Assembly (NCBI GenBank): GCA_010909165.1
Contig: VJWM01000253.1
Location: 62,001 to 126,000 of the forward strand
Direction of reading: 5' to 3'
Length of the DNA stretch: 64,000 nucleotides
Source: Anthoceros angustus
Taxonomy: Eukaryota; Plantae; Anthocerotophyta
Shown: positions 1 through 13,369 of the stretch, in pieces
Position numbering within the stretch: the stretch's first letter is position 1
Layout: each line of letters starts with the position of its first letter
Made by a program: the position numbers and the translations under genes
The notes under the pieces: model-generated
Databases searched by the model: none
Told to the model about the DNA's origin: nothing
The model's input: only the letters and a program-made list of their open reading frames with translations

Positions 1-3000
1 CAACTTTGCCAAGGTGTGGTGGGCATATGAGCCCTCGGCGATTGAGGTCTTCAAAGAATCCCAATCTCAGGCGCACTTGCCCGTAAGTTATTGTACCGCT
101 GGGCATGCCCCTCGGCGGGAAAATTCGCAATCGATCACGGTGTCCTCCAGTTAGCATGAGACACATGCTCAAAGTGCGCACAAATGCCTCCGGCGTCGTC
201 GCCCTTCTTCTTCTCCCAAACTTGACATATTGTTGCCATTGTGAGGTTGAGGCAAACCTCCTCCCCTCATGTTACTTGACATTGTACTGGAATTCAAGTT
301 ACCTCCTCACATGGCGGTCGCCCGATCAACCAGCGTTCCCTGGCGGGATGTACAAAGTCTCGAACCACGGCCTGGGTGAGGTGTCCCCTCGGACGCGTCC
401 ACCAAGGTAGTAAGTCGTAATCCGGTCAAGACTAGGCGCAAGATCTTGACCACACTTGGAATTACGCACTACTCATCGTCCTCCCCTCCTCTTCTTCCTC
501 GAAGATGAGCTAGATCCCACGGCTCACAGGGGTTCCCAATGTTGAGAAGGCCCAGCTTCCACAAATGAAGCTCTTAAATTCAACCGTATCCTCGTTCATG
601 CACCTCTTCTTCCGTTTGCCTTGCACCAATTCTTCCTCGACAACCTCCTTTCTTTGCTATCCGTGACCTCGTCGCCCTCTTCTTCACTAAGCAACCTCCT
701 CCTCTTCTTCGCTCACAGCGCCCTTGCAAGCAAGCGCCAGCGGCTTCTTCCTCAATTGCGTGCCTCTTCTTCCTCTTGAATTCGGCGTCTTTGCGGTTGC
801 GGCACTTTCTTCGTCGTTCCTCCTTGCTTTAGATCTCTCAGCGGTGAGGCGATCTCCCCGTTCGCTTATCCCCTTCCTCCTGCTGGGCGCTGCAGCCATC
901 CTCATGACCCTTCACGGTATCAATATGGAAACCCCCACGTGCCTCCATCACGTGGGAGAGTTCACCAACAACAATCAACTACAGAGATGGGTTTCCCCAC
1001 ACGCATCTATCAAGGCACAAGATCCGGCAACGGCGCCAAAATGTGGTGGGCGGATCCGGGGCTTAGGATTCCCACCTGGCCACACTTATCACTTGTCGTT
1101 TTCGTCGTTGGGTTTCGTCCCATGAGACTTGTGGAGCGGTCGGATCTTGAAATCGTCGCTACCTCACTACACTACCTCGGCCTTCTAAACAAGCAGGCGC
1201 CCTCTCGCTCCTCTCTGGCTACACGCTCCTTTGCCCGTAAATTCACCACGCCTCTACCTCGACACCCTCTTGTAGGTCCACACCCCCGTGGTCGGATCAC
1301 GCGTAGGGACCCCCTCGTTGCAGCGACTTCACCACCCGTGATCTTCCACTATTCCTTTCCATCCTTCCCACAATTGGCACATCCTCAACCACCAACTCGG
1401 CGGCGGCCACGCCACTCCGCCTTTGCTCGGTGAATCACCACTCCACGGACCTACAACGACATCCTACGGATGTAGGGCCACCCTCTGGCGGTAGGTCCAC
1501 CGTCTCGCACATAGGGACCCCCTACGGTAGGCGCGACTTCTCCACCCGTGATTTTGAGACCTTAGCCCGGCTTCCGGTCTCGGTTTGGTGCGGTTGGGAC
1601 CCTCCCTTAGGCTCGACTTGGGCCTTCTTCTTACTCTAATCTCTACCTACTCCTCTACTCAACATTCGACTCCACATTCTCCTCAACTCACCTCAACTCA
1701 ACTCCTCATCCTCCTAATCTAACCTTACTTCAAGCTCAGCTAGCTCGCCCTTAGCTGGCTGCACAGGGTGCCTACATAACAAGTTCTTCCTTGGGCGGTT
1801 GCTGTGAGTTTGCAGACGTGAGAACCTCCGAGTCTTTCCTGTAGTCTACCCTCAAGCCGAGTTCCTTGGGCATCGCCACACACCCAAAGCAAAGCAATTT
1901 CACCAACCATTCACAGGGAGCAACTGCGGGCGCGCAAGGGCAGCTCTCCACTCCGACATGAAACTCCCTCTCTACGGGCCTTCGTTAGCTTGCGGCCGAA
2001 CTTCCTTCACAAGGAGCAAAGGACTCGCGGTGGGAGGCGCAAGACGATAATTTTACTTCACAAGCTCCCTCCTTTTGTAGGAGGTCCTCACATCTGACCT
2101 CCACAGCGCGCCCTCACAGCCGCCTCACTCCTTATTTTAGTGTATCCTACCGATTTAAGTTCGACATCCAAGCATCTTGGGTGAAATTCTATTCTAGCAA
2201 ATTCTACCTATGTGAGCCTTAATGGCTCTGTCAACATTCCTATCCAGCTAGTCAACACACCCTCTTGGGTTGACAAGCATTAATACTGTCCTCCCTAAAG
2301 AAAAGTCTTCCCCTAAGCAATGAGCCACGCTCCAAGCTACCACCACCCTCTTCAATTACCTCTAGATGCGTCGCCGGTGATCCCTACGGATGTGGGGCCA
2401 CCCTCTACACCTCCTACGGACGTGGGGTCACTTCTTATGGCCCTACCGCCTCCACGCTCTCCTTTGCAAGAAGGTCTCCCGTGGCGGATCTTGCTCCATG
2501 CCTTCCTCTTCCTCCTCCGAGTCATCCTCACGGCTTGCTCATTCATTTCTTCCCATTCGACTCATCGACTCCACCGTCTCGCTTGGGTCACAAGGTCCAT
2601 GACCTTCAAACCTTCGCTTCTAGCATCCTTCTATCATCAACGTGGGGGTGCCAACCTCTCCCTCAAAGCTCTACCAGATCAGCCTTGATTCTAGCTTGGT
2701 CTATTGGCGAATTAACTTTGTAGGTTGCGATATTTGTTCTTCAAGTCTTCCAAGTCTGCGGGCCACTCGCCCGTCCACACTTCTCTTGCAAAGCCTCCCT
2801 TTCCTAAGCCCCACTTGTATGGACATAGCATGATACTTCTCCTCCGCATCGTGGCGCCTCAACATCCTCTTTTGCAAGGTATGATCGGCTCGAACCTTCT
2901 CTTACGCACAACCAGAAGCGGCGTACCATGTCCTCGGCTTTCTTGCGACTCTCTTCCTCTTGCGAGGCCCTACGATTAGCTTCTCTCACAGCCCCTTGGC

Positions 3001-3274
3001 TTCTTCTAACTCCGCTTGGAGGTCCATGACTCTTGTAGGGTCTCCTTCTCCTTCTCAATTCTCCTACCTCGAGGTCCTTGCCATTTAATAACTCATCCTT
3101 AGTCTCCGAGGCTCTGACCTCCTTTACATCCTTCTTGGCCATCGCCATAGCACACCAATTGTTGGACTTGTTCTCTCATCCTCTCTTCTCCAAGACCCAT
3201 CCTTCCTTCTCCTTAGCGTGTCACCATAATGCCATCCAACTCTTGCACCATCTCTTGATGCCTCAACCTTGACT

Positions 3275-6007
3275 CCCTCAAGCTCCCATGTAAGTCGCCT
3301 TTCTCTTTCGTAAGCCTACCTACACTTGACTCTAGCTCTAAAATCCTAGTTTGAGCTGCCCTTAATTCTTACGTATCCACGTTCCCTCTTGGCCCCAACA
3401 CCCCTAAAGGTACCTAGTTCTACTCCTTCCGGCTGATTTATGAGGTAGCCCCACTTAGGAGGTAGCTACAACATGGGCAAGCCTCCTCTCATCCAAGTTC
3501 CTTGCTATCCCACACATCGCCACACCTCTCCCAAAGTGTCCAAGTCGCCACGGATGTTTGAGACATCCATGGGTCGTTCAATTCAAAACCATGTCACCCC
3601 TAGCTCCATTCTGGCTCATGTGAGCGCCTCCTTGTTTGGGCCCCTCCATAGGCCTATCCATAGGCCTATCCATCATGTGCCACTCCACTAGAGCAGCCCC
3701 TCGCCTATAGGTAGGGACACTTGCACCCCTCACTACCTCGGGTGCCACACCGTCGTGGGGACTCGACCCTCGCTCACTCCCTCGGTGGGGGTGCCTCACC
3801 CCTACCGTCATCGATGCTGCCCCTACGTAGGGACAGCGGTGGGCCTCCTGCAGCCCATGGGTTATGCTAGCCCTTCCTACTTGCCCAAGTTCCTTGCTGG
3901 TTTCTCCTTCTCTTCCTCCCATACCGGCTCTTCTTGCGGCTTCCTCCGCAATGGAAGCCGCCTTGACTCTCTCCACGAGGCTTCTTCGCTCTCCACCGCC
4001 GTAGGAGTGGATCCAACTCACCGCCTCCTACCACCTTCTTCCCGATGCTCTTGAATGAACTTCTTCTCCTCCTTCACTGCGTGGGGACACCGTAGTAGGC
4101 TCCTCCATTGCTTTCCTCTTCTTCCCGTCTCTTGTTGAGGGGACTTCTCTCACGGGCTTAGGGACTCCTGCATCCAATGATACCACTTGGAAATCCATCT
4201 TGGAAAATTCCAATTCACCTGGCTTCAATAATCCTTGGAGCTCATAAATATGAATCAGGTAGGTGGAGAGGTATGTATTTCTGCGTGCTCTTGGATTCCT
4301 CGCATTGGGTATAAGCAACCTTCCGCGATGTGCAGTATAAACATCATACATTACCATTCCCCAATCTGGGGTAGCCCCCCTAGACAACCTCCAGATGAAA
4401 TATAACTGCGCATCACTAAGATATGTCTTCCGTTGCGCACTCACCAATCAAGGAGAATCTTAGCAAATGTTCTCCATTTCTCTTCCTTGAGTTCTTGATT
4501 GCACCAACCACCTTTCTCCCTAGACTTATGCAGCGTTGTAACATGTCCATAGCTTTCTCAAGTAGCTCATGACACTTCCGATTCTCCTTTTCTCTTCCCC
4601 TTCTCCTCAACCTTCCTTTCAAGCTCCATAATCGCAATCCCTCAAGCTCCCATGTAAGTCGCCTTTCTCTTGATAAGCCTACCTACACTTGACTCTAGCT
4701 CTAAAATCCTAGTTTGAGCTGCCCTTAATTCTTCTATCCACGTTCCCTCTTGAGGCGGCCCCAACACCCCTAAAGGTACCTAGTTCTACTCCTTCCGGAT
4801 TTATGAGGTAGCCCCACTTAGGAGGTAGCTACAACATGGGCAAGCCTCCTCTCATCCAAGTTCCTTGCTATCACACATCGCCACACCTCTCCCAAAGTGT
4901 CCAAGTCGCCACGGATGTTTGAGACATCCATGGGTCGTTCCAATTCCAAAACCATGTCACCCCCTAGCTCCATTCTCTGGCTCATGTGAACGCCTCCTTC
5001 GCTGGGCCCCTCCATAGGCCTATCCATAGGCCTATCCATCGCGGCTGCCACTCCACTAGGAACAGCCCCTACGCCTATAGGTAGGGACACTTGCACCCCC
5101 CTCACTACATCGGGTGCCACACCCGTCGTAGGGGACTCGACCCTACGCTCACTCCCTGATGGTGCCTCACCCTCGTCATCCGATGCTGCCCCTGGTAGGG
5201 ACAGCGGTGGGCCTCTGGCCCCATGGGTTATGCCAGCCCTTCCTACTTGCCCAAGTTCCGCCGACTGGCTGGTTTCTCCTTCTCTTCCTCCCATACCAGC
5301 TCTTCTTGCAGCTTCCTCCGCAATGGAAGCCGCCTTGACTCTCTCCACGAGAGCTTCTTCGCTCTCCACCGCCGTAGGGAGTGGATCCAACTCACCGCTT
5401 CCTACCACCTTCTTCCCCGATGCTCTCGCTGAATGAACTTCTTCTCCTCCTTCACCTGCGTGGGACACCGTAGTAGGCTCCTCCATTGCTTTCCTCTTCT
5501 TCCCGTCTCTTGTTGAGGGGACTTCTCTCACGGGCTTAGGGACTCCTGCATCCAATGATACCACTTGGAAATCCATCTTGGAAAATTCAATTCACACGCT
5601 TCAATAATCCTTGGAGCTCATAAATATAGAATCGGTAGGTGGAGAGGTATGTATTTCTCGTGCTCTTGGATTCCTCGCATTGGGTATAAGCAACCTTCAG
5701 CGGTGTGCGGTATAAACATCATACATTACCATTCCCCAATGCGGGTAGCCCCTAGACAACCTCCGGATGAAATATAAGCTGCGCATCACTAAGATATGTC
5801 TTCCGTTGCTCACCAATCAAGGAGAATCTTAGCAAATGTTCTCCATTTCTCTTCCTTGAGTTCTTGATTGCACCAACCACCTTTCTCCCTAGACTTATGC
5901 AGCGTTGTAACATGTCCATAGCTTTCTCAAGTAGCTCATGACACTTCCGATTCTCCTTTTCTCTTCCCCTTCTCCTCAACCTTCCTTTCAAGCTCCATAA
6001 TCGCAAT
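3275..6007. repeat. Near-identical tandem duplication, about 1.37 kb x2 (3275-4638, 4639-6007)
   Basis: Both copies start ccctcaagctcccatgtaagtcgcc and end ccataatcgcaat. They differ mainly by scattered 1-3 nt indels. Confidence 0.9.
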
Positions 6008-6330
6008 CCCCTCCCAGGCCTCCTCATTTGGTCTTCCATACAGCCGGATGTGTTGGGCTGTCCGGCCTGCAGATCGATCCTTGCATCCCTATTTTCCAAT
6101 CCTCCGGTTCTGCCGTGGCATAGTGAAGTTTATGAAGCACTCCTCTATCATCTCCAAGTTGACATAGGCCCGATGGCGGCCATACACCCATTACAATTGC
6201 GTTGGGTTCTCCGGCAAGCTCGCTGCTACCAAGTGCCTAGCCTCCACATGCGGGGAAGCAATTAAATTGCATCTGTACCTCTTCTCCACGGCTCCCTAGC
6301 AACCAATTTGCCCTTCTTAGGTGCGGGCGC
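3473..6330 (-). pseudogene. Retroelement accessory ORF remnant (resembles Transposase_32/Athila-like ORF), duplicated and frameshifted
   Basis: ORF pieces 4028-4447, 4818-5576 and 5752-6099 join into one protein type. The Y-x-x-L-x-x-I-E-E-C-F/Y motif resembles the YPxLVxEFY motif of plant retroelement accessory ORFs. The family call is inference. Confidence 0.45.
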
Positions 6331-7043
6331 TTTCACCATCTTGCACCTTCAAAATAACTACCAAACAATACAAGCTTGGGCACGCCCGTGCTCGTTTCCA
6401 CCTAGTTGCCACCTCGGTGCCTACACACAATTGTGAGATTTCTTCACTCGCCACACAAGATCCACCAAGTGAGCAACTTCAGCCCCTTCTCCACTTACTT
6501 CCTCTTCACTCCACGGTCCCACCTAGCTCAAACTTGGTGTCCTCACAACATACACCTCCTTACGCCCAAATCCCTCACTTGCAAGGTTGGACACACACAA
6601 AAATCAGCGCCCTTGCTCTCTTCACGGTCGTGCTTCAAATCCCTTCACACACAACCCCTTACACGCACACCTCCTTCTCCTTGCACACACACGGCACGCG
6701 TTCCACCAAGTCCTTGCTCTAGCTTTCCGTGCATGCCCAAGCTCTTCTTCGCGATTCCTCCACGGACTTCCTAGGTGCCACTCCCTACACACCCGCTTGC
6801 ATGGCCCTTTGGTTGTGACAAAACTCTTGATATAGGCCGTTGATTCCTTGCGGTGGCACTATTTCCAGATCCTCGATTTAGTAGCCCTACTTGTTATAAA
6901 CACCCTACACTACACCTTGTATTTATGGATTATTATTCCTAATATACCCTATTTATCCTCAACCTTGCATACTCTGACCCTTTTAACAACTTCCTTTTTA
7001 TCCTCAACCTTGCATATCTGACCCTTTTAACAACTTCCTAGGT

Positions 7044-7689
7044 TGAAACACGCCCTGTCTGACTTGCTTCCCAAGTATCCAAGTAGTAAGTGTCGGCCCC
7101 ATACTGCTGCCGTGGGAGACCTCACCACTCCCTACTGGGGAGACCTCTCATGACACTCTCATCCTACCTACCTATCCAACTGCAGTGTGGTGTCACCCCT
7201 CGTCTACTATGTAGGGTCACCTTGGTCACCCTACACTCTACTTCACCTCCCCTTCATACTACTTGCATCTCTCCCCTACTTGTGGGCCTACCTATCTATG
7301 TAGGGTCACCCTACCCTACATACTACCCTACGGTGTGTCCTACCCACATACATTCTAGGGACCCGACCTATCTATGGTCACCTTTGTCACCCTAGTCATG
7401 TGGTCACTTTTGTCACCCCTCTGCATGTGGGGTCACCTTTGTCACCCTCGCCTACTCTATGTAGGGTTGGCTTTTGACACCCTCGCCCGGCTATCACCCT
7501 ACATCTACCTTGTAGGATGCACCTCCCCTACGGTGGGGTGCCATGCCCACGTACCACCCCTACACCTCCTTGGCGTGGGGTGCACCACTCAAACCCTCTC
7601 CCGCCCATAATATAACAAAATTTAACACACAAAGGTGCCCCATCCCGGTCTTGATCCACCCCTAGGACGCTTAACTCTGAGTTCTTACA
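7044..7689. mobile_element. LTR-like segment of about 646 bp (TGAAACACGCCC...GAGTTCTTACA)
   Basis: TG...CA termini resembling Ty3 LTR ends, with internal short repeats (GTCACCC, CCTAC). No matching TSD, PBS or clear PPT found. Confidence 0.45.
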
Positions 7690-7766
7690 TTCCATTGTCC
7701 AACACACCCAATTGGCTTGTGCATAACACTCATCAAGAATAAAATGAAGTTATCCCTCGGTGAACT

Positions 7767-10700
7767 TCTCACGCCTCCACAACATCTCGTACCAACCCTC
7801 CTTGCTATCCATGTCTCCTCGCGGTCATCACGGCCTCCTTCACGTTCATTTGCATTGCGCAAATTCGCGTCGTGATGCACACCCGTCAGTGATCTCTTCT
7901 TGCACTCACTTGAGTCGAGCTTCCACCAAGAAATACCCAGCAATTCCTTTGGCACTTTTCGAGTTCGTCTTGATCCAAGTTTTGTCAACTCCAACCAAAA
8001 AAATGAATGGCCCAAAGTTTTGCATTTCACACCATACCATAGAGCATCTTTAAAAGTCTTCTTCCCCAATTGTCAGCCGATGCCTAACTTCTCCGGGCCT
8101 TCTTTGCGTGGCTCTCCTCCAGCCTGGCTCCTCCCCTGTCAGGTAGAGAACTTCTCACCCCTCCCCTTCCTCGATGGGTGACGTCTTTGGTCTCCTCCGG
8201 TGGGGTTGTCTCTCCCACCACCTCAATTACTCCTCAGGGGTATACTACGGACCCCGGCTCCTTCATCCTTAGCGGCCTCCGGCGCTCCTCAAGCTCGCGC
8301 CCGCCACACGCCCTACCGGTAGTCGGCGACTACGGCGTGGTGTGTCTACGGTAACGGCGGACTACGTGGTGGTGGTCACCCTGGTAGGTTGACCCCGGAG
8401 GTGGGCTTTCCCCCTCCTTGCTCTGCGCCATCTTCCACCTTTGGCGCTCTGGCGCTCCCTCATCTCGACTCAGTTCCTCGGAGTCCATTTCGTGATGGCC
8501 TCATCAAAATCGGAGGCCTCTGGCTGCACTGCGGCTCCTTCATCCTCGGCCGGGCCTCGCGGCCCGGCTCTAGCCTCTCGCCCGGCTGCCCTACCCGGTG
8601 GCGGCGGCGTGGTGTGTCTACGGTCTGGCGGACTACGTGGTGGTGGTCACCTACCGGTAGGTTGACCCCGGAGGTGGGCTTTCCCCCTCCTTGCTCTGCG
8701 CCATCTTCCACCTTTGGCGCTCTGGCGCTCCTCATCTCGACTCCTCAGTTCCTCGAGTCCATTTCGTGATGGCCTCATCAAAATCGGAGGCCTCTGGCTG
8801 CACTTCGACTCCTTTGTCATCATCATGAGGACCCAATGTCCTCCTCTTGGCCAAGCGATCTCATTGTTGGCCTTCAAAATTCTATTGTGGAGGTGAGCCC
8901 CAAGCTATGATATTGCATTTGGAGATCATCAATCTCGTGGGCCACTCTCCATCTTCACACCTACCTTTGTAGGCGTCCCTTGAGGTGGTCAATTCCCCAC
9001 CTTGACATGGAGGTCACATTCTCCTCCCTCACTTCCTTGTGGTGGCCAATTTTGCACGAAGGGCATAATCGCCCAAAATCTTCGCTTCTCACTACCCATT
9101 CTATGCACCACCTTCTTGTGGCGCTCCTCTTGGAACCTCCTTTGTTCCAATTCGGCATTCTTGAGCAAGCCCTTCTCCTCCCTCACTTCCCTCGCTCTAA
9201 TTCTTGTTTTGATCTTGAGCCTTTAGCTCCGCTTCTCTTCCAAACTCCTTCTCAACTCTTCCTTCATGTCCGGATCTTGATGGCTTGGTAGCCATCACTC
9301 TTGGCGTCCAATTCTTTGGACGCTATCTTCTCCTTGAGCCTCTGTTTTGCCCTTTCGCTCTTGCTCTAATTGGGCAAAATGCTCCTCCATATACATCTCC
9401 ATGAATCCCGTTGGGTGGTTGCTCGGAATGGCTCTCTTGACTGCGACACCTTCCCTTCTAGGACTTTGCCCTCATCCATGAGGTCGCGTTGGAGCTTCTC
9501 TGACCTTTTCCGGTTTGGCTGCCTTTTCATCGGACTCCATGGCCTCCAATTGCCATTTGGTCCACCTTCCTCCGGCCATGTCTTGAGATTTCACTTCTTC
9601 TTGACATGCCCACAAGGAGGCTGTTTCTCTAGCCTTCAAATCCACACGGTGAGTGCTTCACAAGCACCCAATTCTCCTAGGGGTCCTAATTCCACCCCTT
9701 CTTTCTTCTTCTTGAAATCTCCAGCTCTCACGCCTCCACAACATCTCGTACCAACCCTCCTTGCTATCCATGTCTCCTCGCGGTCATCACGGCCTCCCCT
9801 TCACGTTCATTTGCAGCCTGCAAATTCCGCCCGTCGTGATGCACACCCGTGGTGATCTCTTCTTGCACTCACTTGAGTCGAGCTTCCACCAAGAAATACC
9901 CAGCAATTCCTTTGGCACTTTTCGAGTTCGTCTTGATCCAAGTTTTGTCAACTCCAACCAAAAATGAATGGCCCAAAGTTTTGCATTTCTGCATACCTAC
10001 CATAGAGCATCTTTAAAGTCTTCTTCCCAATTGTCGGATGTCTAACTTCTCGGGCCCCTTCTTTGCGCCTCTCACAGCTGGCTCTTCCCTTATCAGGTGG
10101 GCGGGGAACTTCTCACCCCTCCCCTTCCTCGTGGTGGACCGTCTTAGTCTCCTCACGGTGGGGTTGTCTCTCCCACCACCCCAACTCCTCCAGGGGTATA
10201 CTACGGACCCCCTCCTTCATCCTCGGCCGGGCCTCGCGGCCCGGCTCCTAACGATCTCGCGCGCACTGCCCTACCGGTGTCGCGGACTAGGCGTGGTGTG
10301 TCTACCAGTAGTGGCGGACTACGTGGTAGGTGGTCACCTGGTAGGTTGACCCCGGAGGAGGTGGGCTTTCCCCCTCCTTGCTCTGCGCCACCTTCTACCT
10401 TTGGCGCTCCCTCATCTCGACTCCTCAGTTCCTCGAGTCCATTTTTTGATGGCCTCATCAAAATCGGAGGCCTCTGGCTGCACTGCGGCTCCTTTATCAT
10501 CATGAGGACCCAATGTCCTCCTCTTGGCCAAGCAAGAGTTGGCCTTCAAAATTCTATTGTGGAGGTGGGCCCCAAGCTATGATATTGCATTTGGAGATCA
10601 TCAATCTCGTGGGCCACTCTCCATCTTCACACCTACCTTTGTAGGCGTCCCTTGAGGTGGTCAATTCCCCACCTTGACATGGAGGTCACATTCTCCTCCC

Positions 10701-11411
10701 CTTCACTTCCTTCTTGGTGGGGCCAATTTTGCACGAAGGGCATAATCCGCCCAAAATCTTCGCTTCCTCACTACCGGCACCACTTCTTGTGGTACTCCTC
10801 CTCTTGGAACCTCCTTTGTCCTTCAAGTTCGTTGAGCAAGCCCTTCTCCACTTGCCATCTTCGCTCTTGCTCTAATTCTTGTTGGTTTTGATTTAGCTCG
10901 GGCTTCTCTTCCAAACTAACTGATCTCAACTCTTCCTTCATGTCCGGATCTTGATGGCTTGGGTAGCCATCACACTGCTTTCTTCCATTCTTTGGACCGC
11001 TTCTCTTCTCCAAGCCTCTGTTTTGCCCTTTCGCTCTTGCTCTAATTGGGCAAAATGCTCCTCCATATACATCTCCATGAGTCTCGTTGGGTTGCTCGGA
11101 TGGCTCTTCTTGATTTGAGACAACCTCCCTCAAGACCTTCTCCTGCGGTCATCCATGAGGTCGCGTTGGAGCTTCTCCTGACCTTTTCGGCTTGGCTGCC
11201 TTTTCATCGGACTCCATGGCCTCCAATTGCCATTTGGTCCTGCCTTCCTCCGGCCATGTCTTGAGATTTCACTTCTTCTTGACATGCCCACAAGGAGGCA
11301 CTTTCTCTAGCCTTCAAATCCACACGGTGAGTGCTTCACAAGCACCAGCAATTCTCCTAGGGGTCCTAATTCCACCCCTTCTTTCTTCTTTGGAAATCTC
11401 CAGCTCTCACA
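7767..11411. repeat. Tandem duplication (7767-9725, 9726-11411) with a nested duplication of about 250 bp in copy 1
   Basis: Both copies start tctcacgcctccacaacatctcgtacc and end gaaatctccagctc. Segment ~8250-8490 is repeated at ~8500-8760. Differences are indel-dominated. Confidence 0.9.
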
Positions 11412-11499
11412 CCTCGGGCCATCGCGCGGTGCGGGCCTTCACCGTCGCTCCATCCGCTCTCCCACAGCGCGGAAGATGGTGGCTTGGCCTTCGCGGCTT

Positions 11500-13215
11500 T
11501 CATTTCTCCTTCCCTTCCACTGCCCCGTAGGCTGTTTTGCTGGCGGCGTGGGGTGCAGCCTCTGGCGGTGCTCCCCCAGGTAGTCGCCTACCTACCATGG
11601 TGGTGCGCCTGATGGGCTGCCCACCCTTGGGTGGGCCTCCCTCGGGAGTAGCAGCCGGGGTGCCTCTCTCGTAGGCACAAAGGAGATGGTGGGGACTCCC
11701 CCACTCTCGGGCATCACCCCTCACATGGTCCTTCTCTCATAGACCACCATCGGCCTTCTTCGGCCGCTTCTTGCTCTTCTTCCCTTGCTTGCTCACTGTG
11801 GGAAAGGATTCCCACTCGGCAACTTTGTTGCCTCCAACCTTCTCCTCTTGCCTCTAGCATTTTTGTGGAGTCGACCTCCCACCGTCTTCGCAATGCAAAG
11901 GCAAAGGCCTTTCCAACCTCATGGAGATGGATGACCTCAAAGGGATGCCATGCATCTTCAAGCTCCTTGCTTGTGAGAGTCCCTCGGTTTCCCATAAATG
12001 CACCAAATAGGTGCTAAGATAGCAGGCCTTGGTCCTTCCTCATCCACGAATTTGGCTTGAGGAGCTTCTCTCGATGGTGTATGTACGCTTCATACATGAT
12101 AGTCCCCAATCCGGCTTGGCTCCCATGGAAATCTTCCACAAAATTGGAGGAAGTTGGTCTTTGAAATAAGAGTGCGTTGGTAATTTACCAACCCCAGCAC
12201 AATCTTTGCGAAGAGCCTCCACTTGACTCCTTGATGCTCTCGGTCTTCCAGCCATTCTTGGCGTGGGCCTTCACTCCTCCATCCATCATGTCGAGGAACT
12301 CTGCGGGATGTCGGAGGCTGTCCTCTTCCCCCATTCAACCTTTCGAGGAGAGCAATTCGAGCTTTCTTCCTCCGGTCTTCCATACACATCGAATACTTCT
12401 CACGGTCCAGCGAGGATCCGTTCTAGCATTCCTTTCCGGTGGCCGGCGCCCGATTGATGGAGGTTGATGTAACACTCCTCAATCAATTCCAAATTGGTGT
12501 AGGCCCATTGGCGGCCATACACCCATCCTAGTTGGATGTTCTCCTCCTCGCCCAGAAAATCAACCAAATCTAGGTTAAGGCCCGACCAAGTGAATTGGGG
12601 CATCACAAGTTCACCTCCACGGCGGCCTGCCCCTTCTTTCCTTTTCTCCTCGCGAGGAGAGCCCTTGCCTTTTCCTTTTCCCGAGGCATGGCACCTTCCT
12701 TACTCCCTCGCTCTAGCAAGAGGATTACTTCCCAATTTTCGTTGTGTGCTCAAGCTTCACCTCAAACACTCCTTTTCTCTGTGGGCTCACTGAGGCACAA
12801 GCACACGTTAGCCACTCTTGAGCCTCACAGGCTGCCTTCCTCCTTGATTTCTTCTCCAGTGCGGCAGGTAGTCGATTTTCCTCCTTCTACTCTCACTCTC
12901 CTTCACCTTGCTTCCAGTAGCTCCAACTCGCTCTGCCGGTGGCGGCTCCTTCAATGTGTCTCTTTCCCGGTATTGAAGAGCTTCGGTGCCTGGCGCTCGA
13001 TTGCTTACCGCCTCCTCTTTCTCCTTTTCGCTAGAGTCTTCTCCTTCAGCCTTCCTCTCGTTCGTGGGTCGCGGCGGCGGCAATGGCGGCTTCTCCGGGC
13101 TTCTTTTGCGCTCCAGCTTCAGTCTCAGTCTCTTGGGAAGTGAGTTCGCCTTAGCTCGAAAAGGAAGTTGGCGCCCCAAGCGCACTTTGCCTTTGGATGC
13201 CACTGGCGGCCACAC
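11500..13215 (-). pseudogene. Second, diverged copy of the retroelement accessory ORF
   Basis: ORF pieces 12808-13215, 12400-12606 and 12040-12255 share motifs with 3473-6330. Confidence 0.45.
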
Positions 13216-13369
13216 AACCCTAGATTTTGTGCATCATTCACAAAATCCTAATCGATCTATAATACCTATTTTCCTACTCGCCTAATTAATCTCTTGCTAA
13301 TTACTCTATATATTTATCCCTATTGATGAGCATATATAGTGGATATCCCCCTTTATTCTAAGTTTCCTT

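Larger units (their letters stand above)
1..13300 (-). mobile_element. Nest of decayed LTR-retrotransposon-like units carrying accessory ORFs, with no recognisable gag-pol
   Basis: Frameshifted minus-strand ORF remnants recur in at least 2-3 diverged copies: WVYGRHRAYVNLEMIEECFINF near 6150 vs LGWVYGRQWAYTNLELIEECYINL near 12500, and WRLSRGATPDWG near 4390 vs WKISMGAKPDWG near 12130. An LTR-like TG..CA block lies at 7044-7689. No RT, RNase H or integrase motif seen. The class is inferred. Confidence 0.6.
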
